From NCBI GenBank assembly GCA_903869075.1, contig CAIPXZ010000327.1:1-51795 (forward strand): DNA of 51,795 nt, read 5' to 3'. The notes beneath the pieces are model-generated. The model was not told the DNA's origin, searched no databases, and saw only the letters and a program-made list of their open reading frames with translations. The stretch comes from an uncultured Myxococcales bacterium (lineage in GTDB: Bacteria; Myxococcota_A; UBA9042). Positions 38,501 through 45,745 of the stretch are shown one piece after another. The position numbers and the translations under genes are program-made. The stretch's first letter is position 1. Each line of letters opens with the position of its first letter.

Positions 38501-39841
38501 GCACACCACCGGATTGGCGCCGACGCACGCGCCGTTCTGGCAGGTGTCGCTCTGCGTGCACGCGTTGCCGTCGCTGCAGCTGTTCACGTTGTTGGTGTGG
38601 GTGCAGCCGCCGGCGGCGCAGCCGTCCGTCGTGCAGGGGTTTTTGTCGTCGCAGTCGAGCGGCGCGGCGCCTGGCATGCACGTGCCGCCCGCGCACTGGT
38701 CGCCCACCGTACACGGGTTGCCGTCGTCGCAGGCGAGCGTGTTGGCGGTGTGACTGCAGCCGGAATTCGCATCGCAGCTGTCGGTCGTGCACAGCTGGCC
38801 GTCGTCGCAGGTGACGCTCACGCCCTTGCACGTCCCGCTCGCGCACACGTCGGCCGAAGTGCAGGCGTCGCCATCGTCGCAACTGGCCGTGTTGACGCTG
38901 TGCAGGCAGCCTTGCAGCGCGTTGCAGCTGTCGGTGGTGCACGCGTTCTGGTCGTCGCAGTCCTGCACGGTCGGCGTCGCGCTGCAACTGCCGGCGAGGC
39001 AAGTGCTCGCGTCCTGCCAGCCGCCCGCGCCGCAGCTCTTGGCGCTGCATGCGGTACCGTCGGTCTGGGCAACGTGGCTGCAGCCGGATTGCGGCGTGCA
39101 GCCGTCGGTGGTGCACGGGTTGCCGTCGTCACAGGAAACCGTGCCGAGCGCCACGCACCCGCCTTCCTGGCAGCTCGCGGCGCTGACGCACTTGTCAGCC
39201 AATGTGCAGGTGCCGCTGGCGGCTGTGTGGAGGCAGCCGCTGGCGGTGTCGCAGCTGTCCGCACTGCAGCTGTTGCCGTCGTCGCAGCCGGTCACGGCGC
39301 CAGGCATGCAGACGCTGGCCGCGCAACTGTCGCCCAGCGTGCAGGCGTTGCCGTCTGAACAGGTGGCCGCGTTGGCCAAGTGGACGCACGCGCCGGCGTC
39401 GCCACAGCTGTCGTCGGTGCACGGGTTCTGGTCGTCGCACTGCGCCGCGGTGCAGCTCGGACCCGTGTCGCCGGTGGTGTCGCCGTCGGCATCCGCGTCC
39501 ACCGCGTCGGGGGCAGCATCGGGTTGCCCCGCGTCGGCGTCAGCGGTGTCCGCGACGACATCGCTGCCGGTGTCGCTGTCCACGCTGTCCGCGACGACAT
39601 CGCTGCCGGTGTCGGTGTCCACGCCGTCCGCCGCGACATCGCTGCCGGTGTCGGCATCCACGCCGTCCGCCGCGACATCGCTGCCAATGTCGGTGTCCAG
39701 CGGCGCAACGTCAGGCCCGCCATCGGCCGGCACCGCGCTATCGGCGACGATGTCCTGCTGGTCCAGGAAGGACTCGGCCGACGGCACGGTCTCCACGCAA
39801 CCGACGACGAGCACACTCAAAAATCCAAGCCAATACCGCAT
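35588..39841 (-). CDS. giant lipoprotein B: acidic tandem-repeat tether + Cys-rich repeat arrays alternating with two beta-propeller-like modules
   Basis: 1417 aa from ATG 39841. Lipobox in MRYWLGFLSVLVVG|CVE. I hand-count at least 16 CDDGNxCTxDxC-type units, in arrays at ~38186-39454, 36884-37153 and 35591-35764. Two modules (~37154-38185 and ~35765-36883) carry a recurring (V/L)xR(L/T)DxxGNxLW blade-like motif, about 5 copies each. Confidence 0.88.
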   Translation of the reverse strand: MRYWLGFLSVLVVGCVETVPSAESFLDQQDIVADSAVPADGGPDVAPLDTDIGSDVAADGVDADTGSDVAADGVDTDTGSDVVADSVDSDTGSDVVADTADADAGQPDAAPDAVDADADGDTTGDTGPSCTAAQCDDQNPCTDDSCGDAGACVHLANAATCSDGNACTLGDSCAASVCMPGAVTGCDDGNSCSADSCDTASGCLHTAASGTCTLADKCVSAASCQEGGCVALGTVSCDDGNPCTTDGCTPQSGCSHVAQTDGTACSAKSCGAGGWQDASTCLAGSCSATPTVQDCDDQNACTTDSCNALQGCLHSVNTASCDDGDACTSADVCASGTCKGVSVTCDDGQLCTTDSCDANSGCSHTANTLACDDGNPCTVGDQCAGGTCMPGAAPLDCDDKNPCTTDGCAAGGCTHTNNVNSCSDGNACTQSDTCQNGACVGANPVVCTASDQCHAVGSCDTTSGTCSNPGKTNGATCSDGNACTVADTCQSGACVAGTAKTCTASDTCHAAGTCDTTSGSCSNPTKSDGSACSDGTVCTVNDACSAGVCTGSATLWSKTYGATVEHLVSAVVGLDDGGVIMAVQSMNGGSAGIDTTVSRLDTLGNTLWSQTFATPGDDILNAGVRDVGTVAFIGHQASKSGASWFLALAVADGGLVQSTNVASGENAIIVDGEGYATVGGNTLTRLHSDGTLKNTYTYNSPANLEITSLAPITSGGWILGGNVPTGCCGTAGYAIGVDSYGNKLWGQLFDDGKSASSTLMGVAALPDGSFNVVVNAFSNTDIAFALFMHRLGVDGAPLWMREVGGLNNAKKGIGALTLSDGMLVSGYNQIAPSGLFAVRLDTAGNTLWEKDPKAGDLFALGQSVASTPQGVWIGGAQDGSDGRQGYLVRLDSFGNSTCAASGDCAGKSPSDCGDGNLCTNDACSAGVCSHVNFASGAYCDDVNLCTLDVCDANGGCKSTAVSDGLRCEDGSPCTLQDSCKAGACAAGHKSTFSHALGFDYYAGLSGIAVSATGYAFAGRAHGTDNLWMVVTDLGGTILNSDANGDAGNVVDLGGFDELHDVVAAGSGWTFAGNTGVDQTHDDGVLYAVAADGLTMLWKKTYGGTGQDELHAIATRPGGYVACGGTSSSLLGGDENFWLLTTDTSGNNAKSHNFYDPASYYQSCAGVIVAANGDIVMAGRADNGGWVVRTDASGAKLWDKRIAGDLNSTTSLGTSFGKIVEVAGTLYVVGSYVASPTATSKVWLVALDANGNVLWQKTYGSTADDFGSGITATGDGLILAGATDGFGAPAREGYVVRTDLNGNLLWQKAIPRPADTTNATGTCSLAAVATATDGFVLAGIDDQKGWGDGWIVKLDTWGNVTCADSGSCGGQTEALCDDANPCTADVCLATNAGLCSHTALPDGVACGAAKTCSAGVCQ
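39530..39703 (-). repeat. 4 x 39-bp in-frame tandem repeat (13-aa acidic unit GSDV(A/V)ADGVDxDT)
   Basis: Units at 39548-39586, 39587-39625, 39626-39664 and 39665-39703 on the + strand (gtccgcGacgacatcgctgccggtgtcgCtgtccacgcT and variants), with a decaying fifth copy down to ~39530. Confidence 0.9.
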
Positions 39842-39861
39842 GTTGCCGCCTCGCGTCAGAG

Positions 39862-40794
39862 TTAGAATCGTCCCGCCCACTGCACACCGTTCAGCGTCGG
39901 CGTCGGCACCCAGGCGCTTTGCTGCAGCGCATCCGTCAGCCACAGCGCCCCGCCACCGAGCGCCGCCGCCGCACCGAGCGCCAACGTCACGGCACCGGCT
40001 GTCTTTTTGTGACCAATCGCCGCCGCCTGCGCCGTGGCGTCAGCGTAGGAAATCCCACTGATATAGCTACCTTGCGTCTGCGCCAGCTTGCCATCGAGCG
40101 CCGAGCGGTCGGATGCCGCGCTGCCATACACCGCCGCGCCGGCGATCACCGCCACCGCGCCCGCGCCCAGCAGGCCCCAGCGCGCGTACGTGCGCCAGCG
40201 CGGCGCCGGATCCGCTGGCGGCGCCGTCGCGACAACCACCGGCGCCGCGACCGGCTTCACCACCACTGGCGCCGCCACGGGCGTCACAACCACCGGCGGC
40301 GGCTTGACCGGCGTAGGCGGCGCGACCGGCTCCGGCGGCGGCGCAGGCTTGACCGGCTCCGGCGCGGGCTTCGCCACCGGCAGCGGCGCCGGCTCGGGCT
40401 TCACCTCCGGCTTGGTCGGCAGCGTTCGCTCCAGCGCCGCCATCGTCGTCTGCAGCTCGCGCAGCGCGTTGCGGCCTTTCTTGGACCACGGGTCGGTCGC
40501 CGGCAGCAACGCCAGCAGGCTCTCGTAAGCCAGCATAGCATCTTGGTATTTTTGGGCATTTTGCAGCGACCGCCCGAGGCCAAACAGGTACTCCGGCCGC
40601 GTCGGGTCGATGCGGAACGCCCGGCGGTACAGCTCCGCGGCCATCGTGAACTCACCCGCTTTGTAGTAGTCCATCGCCTGCTTGGCCACGCCCGCTGCTT
40701 CGACGACAGTGGCGTTCCCGGCAAACGCCGGCGTCGGCGCCACCGCCAAGCTTGCCAGCAGCAGCAGCGCCCAGCGCACGCCGCGCGCACACAT
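39862..40794 (-). CDS. secreted TPR-like / Pro-rich linker / C-terminal hydrophobic-domain protein
   Basis: 310 aa from ATG 40794. Signal peptide MCARGVRWALLLLASLAVAPTPAFA. TPR-like AKQAMDYYKAGEFTMAAELYRRAFRIDPTRPEYLFGLGRSLQNAQKYQDAMLAYESLL. Pro-rich KPEVKPEPAPLPVAKPAPEPVKPAPPPEPVAPPTPVKPPP. A Gly/Ala-rich C-terminal part ends in ..GVQWAGRF. Its stop lies 20 nt upstream of the lipoprotein B start. Confidence 0.8.
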   Translation of the reverse strand: MCARGVRWALLLLASLAVAPTPAFAGNATVVEAAGVAKQAMDYYKAGEFTMAAELYRRAFRIDPTRPEYLFGLGRSLQNAQKYQDAMLAYESLLALLPATDPWSKKGRNALRELQTTMAALERTLPTKPEVKPEPAPLPVAKPAPEPVKPAPPPEPVAPPTPVKPPPVVVTPVAAPVVVKPVAAPVVVATAPPADPAPRWRTYARWGLLGAGAVAVIAGAAVYGSAASDRSALDGKLAQTQGSYISGISYADATAQAAAIGHKKTAGAVTLALGAAAALGGGALWLTDALQQSAWVPTPTLNGVQWAGRF

Positions 40795-40936
40795 ACCGCG
40801 ACCTGCGGCCCGCGCCGCATATCCACATGAAATCATGGAGCCTCCCGCCTCGAAAACAGGTGCGATGCCCGCGCACGCAGTCCTGTTCAGGTTCCTGTGC
40901 CGTCAGCGTACCGTGTCGCCGCGGCCGCGCCATGGC

Positions 40937-40959
40937 GAAAATCCGCCAGTCGATGGCGG
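40937..40959 (-). terminator. candidate intrinsic terminator after the GMC oxidoreductase gene
   Basis: Minus strand reads CCGCCA-tcgac-TGGCGG followed by ATTTTC, ~55 nt downstream of the stop at 41012. Confidence 0.4.
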
Positions 40960-41011
40960 CAAAGGCCGCGGTCGGGAGAAACACTTGCGGCGGCGTGGGG
41001 ATTTCGCTCGG

Positions 41012-42508
41012 CTACTGCCGCAGGATGGACCGCGCGCAGAGCGTCGACAGCGCGAGGATAGACGTCTGCGGGTTCACGCCCGTCGCCGTCGGGAACACGC
41101 TGGAGTCGGCGACGTACAGCCCGGCGACCGTGTGGTGGCGAAAGTCGGGGCGCACGACCGCTGTCGCCGGGTCACTGCCCATCTGGCAGGTGCCAAAAAG
41201 GTGCGTGATTGCGCCATGATAGGCGTTGGCCTGGCGCGGCCCTTCGGTCTGGAACCGCACCATTTCGCGCGGATCGGTGACCACCGGCGCCCAGCCGTGC
41301 ACGCCCGGAAGCACGCGCAGCGCGCCCGCGGCAAACAGCATCTCGCCCAGCACCCGCACGCCGCGCCGCACGCAATCGACGTCGTGCGGCGTCAGGTCAT
41401 ACTGGATGAGCGGCCGGCCGCGCCAGCCCACGCGCACGCGCCCGCGGCCCTGCGCGCGCACCGCGACGCCCCAGTGGACCTCGTGCGCCAGCTGGTCCAG
41501 GTTGCGGGCAAACGCCCGTCCCATGCCATCCATGCGGCTGGCGATGATCGACGGATCGTAGCCAAGTGCCTCAAACTTGATGCCTTCCTTGCGCAGGCCG
41601 ATGACCTCGTGCCCCTGCGTCGCGCCGTTCCACATCCGCACCGTCTCGGCAAACTGGCCGACGACCGCCACGCCCGGATGCGCCTGCAGGTTGCGCCCGA
41701 CCGGGCCGTGCCGCACGCCGCTCTTGTGCAGCAGCATCGGCGTCTGGATCGCGCTGGCCGCCAGCACCACCGCCTGGCTGGCACGCACCGTCACCACGCC
41801 GCCGCCCGCCGCGCGCCCGACGACGCCGACCGCCCGGCCGTTCTCCACCGTCACGCCCTGCACCGCCACGCGGCTGAGGATCTGCGCGCCGGCGGCGCAC
41901 GCCAGCGGCAACAGCGTCAGGTCCATCGACTGCTTGCGGCCGTGCGGACAGCCCTGCAGGCAGCGCCCCAGACCTTCGCAGCCGCGGGTGTTGCGGGCGA
42001 TCGGCCGGTGCTCCAGCCCCAGCGCGTCGGCGCCCTTGGCCATCAGCAGGTTCTTCGGCCCCGCCACCGCGGCCTGGGTCGGCGCGATGCCCAGGTCGTC
42101 CTCGATCTCGGCAAAAAGCCGTTGCAGCACAGCGGCATCCAGCGTGCCGGCCAGTCCTGGATCCGCCGCCACCCAGCCGGCGCGCACGTCTTCCGGCAGC
42201 CGCCACGAGATCGCGCCGTTGACAACCGACGTGCCGCCCACCGCGCGTCCCTGCAGCACCGGCATCGGCGCATTGCCCAGCGCGACGTTCGCGCCCATGT
42301 CGCGGTACAGCAACGCCATCGAGGAAAAACCGTCGACCGGATAATCGCGCGGCTGCACCCACGGCCCCTCTTCCAGCACCACGACGCGCAGACCCGCTTG
42401 GGCCAGCGTCCGCGCCGCAGCCGCGCCAGCCGGACCGGAACCAACGATGGCGACGTCACACGTCACCGCGTGCGGCGCGGCGATGCCGGCGCCGTCCAGC
42501 ACGTTCAT
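41012..42508 (-). CDS. GMC-family FAD oxidoreductase
   Basis: 498 aa from ATG 42508. FAD motif CDVAIVGSGPAGAAAARTLAQAGLRVVVLEEG, Cys cluster NTRGCEGLGRCLQGCPHGRKQS, and C-terminal GTCQMGSDP..VADSSVFPTATGVNPQ. 4-nt ATGA overlap with the upstream gene. Confidence 0.88.
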   Translation of the reverse strand: MNVLDGAGIAAPHAVTCDVAIVGSGPAGAAAARTLAQAGLRVVVLEEGPWVQPRDYPVDGFSSMALLYRDMGANVALGNAPMPVLQGRAVGGTSVVNGAISWRLPEDVRAGWVAADPGLAGTLDAAVLQRLFAEIEDDLGIAPTQAAVAGPKNLLMAKGADALGLEHRPIARNTRGCEGLGRCLQGCPHGRKQSMDLTLLPLACAAGAQILSRVAVQGVTVENGRAVGVVGRAAGGGVVTVRASQAVVLAASAIQTPMLLHKSGVRHGPVGRNLQAHPGVAVVGQFAETVRMWNGATQGHEVIGLRKEGIKFEALGYDPSIIASRMDGMGRAFARNLDQLAHEVHWGVAVRAQGRGRVRVGWRGRPLIQYDLTPHDVDCVRRGVRVLGEMLFAAGALRVLPGVHGWAPVVTDPREMVRFQTEGPRQANAYHGAITHLFGTCQMGSDPATAVVRPDFRHHTVAGLYVADSSVFPTATGVNPQTSILALSTLCARSILRQ

Positions 42509-42885
42509 GGCACAACCCCCAGCGCGCGACGCGCCTTCGGGTCGCGAAACAGCGCAAAACAGGCAATGACCTTCAGCGTCGCCGCCAGCTGCCGCAGCAG
42601 GAACACCGGCGTGTCCGCCATTTGCGCCAGGAACGCGTCGCGGCGATCCGCCGACAGCGCGAAAAACGGCCGCCAATAGCCTGGCAGCACAAGCGGCAGC
42701 CACGTGAACGTCCAGGTCGTGAACCGCAGCCCCAGCCGCAGCAGCGGCGGCGCGACCTGCGCAAGCTCCGGCCAAAACGTCGTCAGGTCCACCTGCGGCA
42801 GCCCCGCGCGCTCCGGCAGGTCCGGCACCGTCGCGTCCAGCAGCAGCCGCAGCCAGCGCAGCTCAAACGCCAGCCAGCCGGTCAT
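42505..42885 (-). CDS. small hydrophobic protein coupled to the GMC oxidoreductase (unknown function)
   Basis: 126 aa (MTGWLAFELRWLRLLLDATVPDLPE..RFTTWTFTWLPLVLPGYWRPFFAL..). ATGA overlaps at both ends (42882-42885 and 42505-42508) argue for a real, translationally coupled gene. The rest of the 392-aa track ORF is junk. Confidence 0.6.
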   Translation of the reverse strand: MTGWLAFELRWLRLLLDATVPDLPERAGLPQVDLTTFWPELAQVAPPLLRLGLRFTTWTFTWLPLVLPGYWRPFFALSADRRDAFLAQMADTPVFLLRQLAATLKVIACFALFRDPKARRALGVVP

Positions 42886-44249
42886 GCGGCACCATGGGCA
42901 GCGACGAATTGCGCGACTTCGTCCTGAAACACCGCCATCAGCGTCTGGACCTCCGCGGCGGTCGCCACCGACGCCTTGAAGTTGAAGTTCAGCGTCGCCG
43001 TGCCGTCGTAGTTGGTCAGCGTCAGCACGATCGCCGTGCGCGGAATGAGCGGCGTGGACACGTACACCGCCGTCACCGCCCAGCCCGGACCGTGCAGCCG
43101 CGGGATCGGAATCGCCAGCACATTGCTGTAGTTCAGGTTGACGACCGTGCGCGGCGACGTGAACAACAGCTTGCGAAAATCCGCCATCTTCAGCGTCAGC
43201 GCAAACCAGCGCTCGAACAGGTAGCGCTTCAGGTGCGCGCGGCGGTCGTTCTGGGCTTTGACCTGGCGCTGGATCTCCGGCATCACGTCGGCGATGCCGT
43301 GAAAGCGCGTGAAGTCGATGTCCGGAATATGAAAGGCCAAATGGTTGGCAAATGAGCGAAACGGCTGGCCGCGCGGCCGCGTCTCCGCCGCCGTCGTCGC
43401 GTTCATCCGCGCGACTTTCACGCCCTGCGCCTCGTTCCAGCGCTTGTTGGCCACCAGGAACGCCGCCGCCAGCATCCAGTTCAGGTTGCCACCGGCGCGC
43501 TTGGCCGCGTCCTTCCATGCCTGCAGCGTCTCCGGCGCCAGCGGCACGTGCAAAGTCCGGTTGCCGCCTGAATAATCCAGCGACGCGTTCTGCTTGAGCA
43601 CCGACAGCGGCCGGCGCAGCGACACGAACGCGCTGCGGATGTACTCGCCGATGCCCGCCAGTAGCAGCCCGCGGCGCTGCCACGGCGTCAGGTCAAAAGC
43701 GTCCAGCTCGGCACGGCGCGGCACCACCGCGAGCGCGCGCGCGTCCGGCTGCGTGCCGGCGAGCGCGTGGTTCAGGAACGCCGCGAGATCCGGGAGCATT
43801 TCAATCATCGCCCGGCCATCCGCGAGGCCGTGGTGCTGCTTGACGAACAGCTGCGCGCGGTCGCCCGGCAGCCACGCGAGGATCAGCTGCAGCGGCGGGC
43901 GGGTGAACAGGTCCAGGAAGCGGTCGTGGACGTCGTCGCGCAGCGCCGCCAGCGCGTCGTCCGGCGCGGCGCGCAGGTCGTGGAACTCCAGCAGCTGCGC
44001 GAGCGGCGGCGTGTCGGGCCAGGACCACGCGAAATGCTTGGCAGAATCCGCAGTTCCATCCAGCGACACGACCGTCGCCGCGCAGCTCGGGTACGCCACG
44101 CACAGCCAGCGCAGCGCCTGCTCCAGCGCCGCGACCGGCGGCTGGCCCTCGATCGCCAGCTCCCACGTCGGCGCGTTCGAGCAGCCCAGCGGCCCGCTCG
44201 TCGCCGCCAGGCAGGCTTTGTCCAAATATTCAAAAGCTTGGCTTGGCAT
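42882..44249 (-). CDS. condensation-domain superfamily acyltransferase (HHxxxDG; WS/DGAT- or PapA5-like)
   Basis: 455 aa from ATG 44249. Catalytic motif in LFVKQHHGLADGRAMIEML. The size is typical of stand-alone condensation/WS-DGAT enzymes. It starts 12 nt after the CotH stop. Confidence 0.75.
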   Translation of the reverse strand: MPSQAFEYLDKACLAATSGPLGCSNAPTWELAIEGQPPVAALEQALRWLCVAYPSCAATVVSLDGTADSAKHFAWSWPDTPPLAQLLEFHDLRAAPDDALAALRDDVHDRFLDLFTRPPLQLILAWLPGDRAQLFVKQHHGLADGRAMIEMLPDLAAFLNHALAGTQPDARALAVVPRRAELDAFDLTPWQRRGLLLAGIGEYIRSAFVSLRRPLSVLKQNASLDYSGGNRTLHVPLAPETLQAWKDAAKRAGGNLNWMLAAAFLVANKRWNEAQGVKVARMNATTAAETRPRGQPFRSFANHLAFHIPDIDFTRFHGIADVMPEIQRQVKAQNDRRAHLKRYLFERWFALTLKMADFRKLLFTSPRTVVNLNYSNVLAIPIPRLHGPGWAVTAVYVSTPLIPRTAIVLTLTNYDGTATLNFNFKASVATAAEVQTLMAVFQDEVAQFVAAHGAA

Positions 44250-44261
44250 CAACGGCCCCAG

Positions 44262-45707
44262 CTATTTGCACGGCCCCAGCAGGTCGCTCAGGGTCTTTTG
44301 CCGCTTGGTGATGTAGGTCTGCAGCGCCAGGTATGCCGTGTCCAGCTGCTTGGGCGTGTACAAGCCCTTGGGATCACTGTAGACATACGGCTTGAGCGCC
44401 ATCTGCCAGGACTGCACGAGGGGCAGCAAAGTCGCGCTGTTGAAGAGCCCGCACTGCAGCGCCTGCAGCTTGGCCACCAGCTTGGGCTTGAGCACCGCGT
44501 TGTTCCAAATCCGCTTGTACAGCGTGTCCGTGCGGTCCGCGCACCAGCTGTTCGGCGGCCCCCACGGCGTCGCGAGCTCGTACCACGCGTCGTTGAAGTT
44601 GCCGAACGTCAGGTCGACGCCCGTCGGGATCATATGGAATTTTTTGGTCTTTTCGTCGCCGTAGATCGTGAAATTCTGCCCCGCTGACGCGAGGCCATCG
44701 AGGTTCGACAGCAGCGCGTCGACGGCGTAGTCCGCCAGCAGCTCATCGGTGTAGAAATACTTGTCGAGCACCGCCGGCAGCTGGTCATCAGTGGCGGTCG
44801 TGATGGCCTGCGCCGCGTCGACGATCGCCTGCGGGTCGCCCGGACTGCCGACGTACGCCGGCTTGAGCGCCGGACAGCCACCCGCCGTCGGGCAGTCGAT
44901 GCCCATGCAGCCGATGACCGGCTCGAACTTGTCGCCGTTCTTGTTGCCAAACGCGTTGGAAAAAAAGCGTTTATCCACGCTCTCTTGCAGCTCGTACGCG
45001 CCGTAGTCTTCGCCATTGACGGTGAAGTGCGCCCAGCTGAAGCGCGGGCCGTTGCCGCCGATCGTCCGCACGAGCGCGCCGGCGATGGGCTCGCGGATGA
45101 AGGTCGGGTCCTGGCCGGACGCCTTCAAGCGGAACTCTTTCTCGCCCAGCGGGCCATAGCCGGTGGTGACGAACTGGTCGAATTTGAAGCGCATATTCGG
45201 CTTGCCTGGGTTGTCGATCTGGCTGCCGTTGCCAAAGCCCTTGACGCCGGCGGCGCTGAACTTCTGGCCGTCAAACTCCACGTCCGCCTGGTCCCAGGTG
45301 TAGACCTTCATACCGTCGGGCTGGTTGACGCCGTTCAGGTACGCCGTCCAGTCCGCTGCGGCGAGCGTGACCTTGACCTCGTGGATGCCCTCGAAGTCGA
45401 ACATGCCGGTCGCTGGCGTTATCGCCGTGATTTCAGAGGGTAAGCCGCCGCCGATGTCGGCGATGATGTCGTACTGCACAACGTCCGGCTTGACCGTATC
45501 CGGCGCGTCGGCGCTGTCGACGTCCGCGGCATCGCTGCCATCCGCGGTGTCCAACACCGTCGCATCCTTGCCGGACGGCTGCCAATCGACCGTCGAGACG
45601 TCATCGGTGCTCGCGTCCGGGTCCGCACCGGCACCCGCGGGGTCGCTGCCGCACGCGCTCAACAGCCCCAGCCACGCCGCCATCATCCACAAGGTCGCTT
45701 GCCGCAT
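44262..45707 (-). CDS. CotH-family (atypical kinase fold) lipoprotein
   Basis: 481 aa from ATG 45707 (GGAGGA RBS). Lipobox in MRQATLWMMAAWLGLLSA|CGS, then an acidic tether. CotH-like core FRLKASGQDPTFIREPIAGALVRTIGGNGPRFSWAHFTVNGEDYGAYELQESVDKRFF. The remaining 722 aa of the track ORF are antisense shadow. Confidence 0.75.
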   Translation of the reverse strand: MRQATLWMMAAWLGLLSACGSDPAGAGADPDASTDDVSTVDWQPSGKDATVLDTADGSDAADVDSADAPDTVKPDVVQYDIIADIGGGLPSEITAITPATGMFDFEGIHEVKVTLAAADWTAYLNGVNQPDGMKVYTWDQADVEFDGQKFSAAGVKGFGNGSQIDNPGKPNMRFKFDQFVTTGYGPLGEKEFRLKASGQDPTFIREPIAGALVRTIGGNGPRFSWAHFTVNGEDYGAYELQESVDKRFFSNAFGNKNGDKFEPVIGCMGIDCPTAGGCPALKPAYVGSPGDPQAIVDAAQAITTATDDQLPAVLDKYFYTDELLADYAVDALLSNLDGLASAGQNFTIYGDEKTKKFHMIPTGVDLTFGNFNDAWYELATPWGPPNSWCADRTDTLYKRIWNNAVLKPKLVAKLQALQCGLFNSATLLPLVQSWQMALKPYVYSDPKGLYTPKQLDTAYLALQTYITKRQKTLSDLLGPCK

Positions 45708-45745
45708 GAGTCCTCCGTTGCGCACTTCGCGCACGATAACCGATT

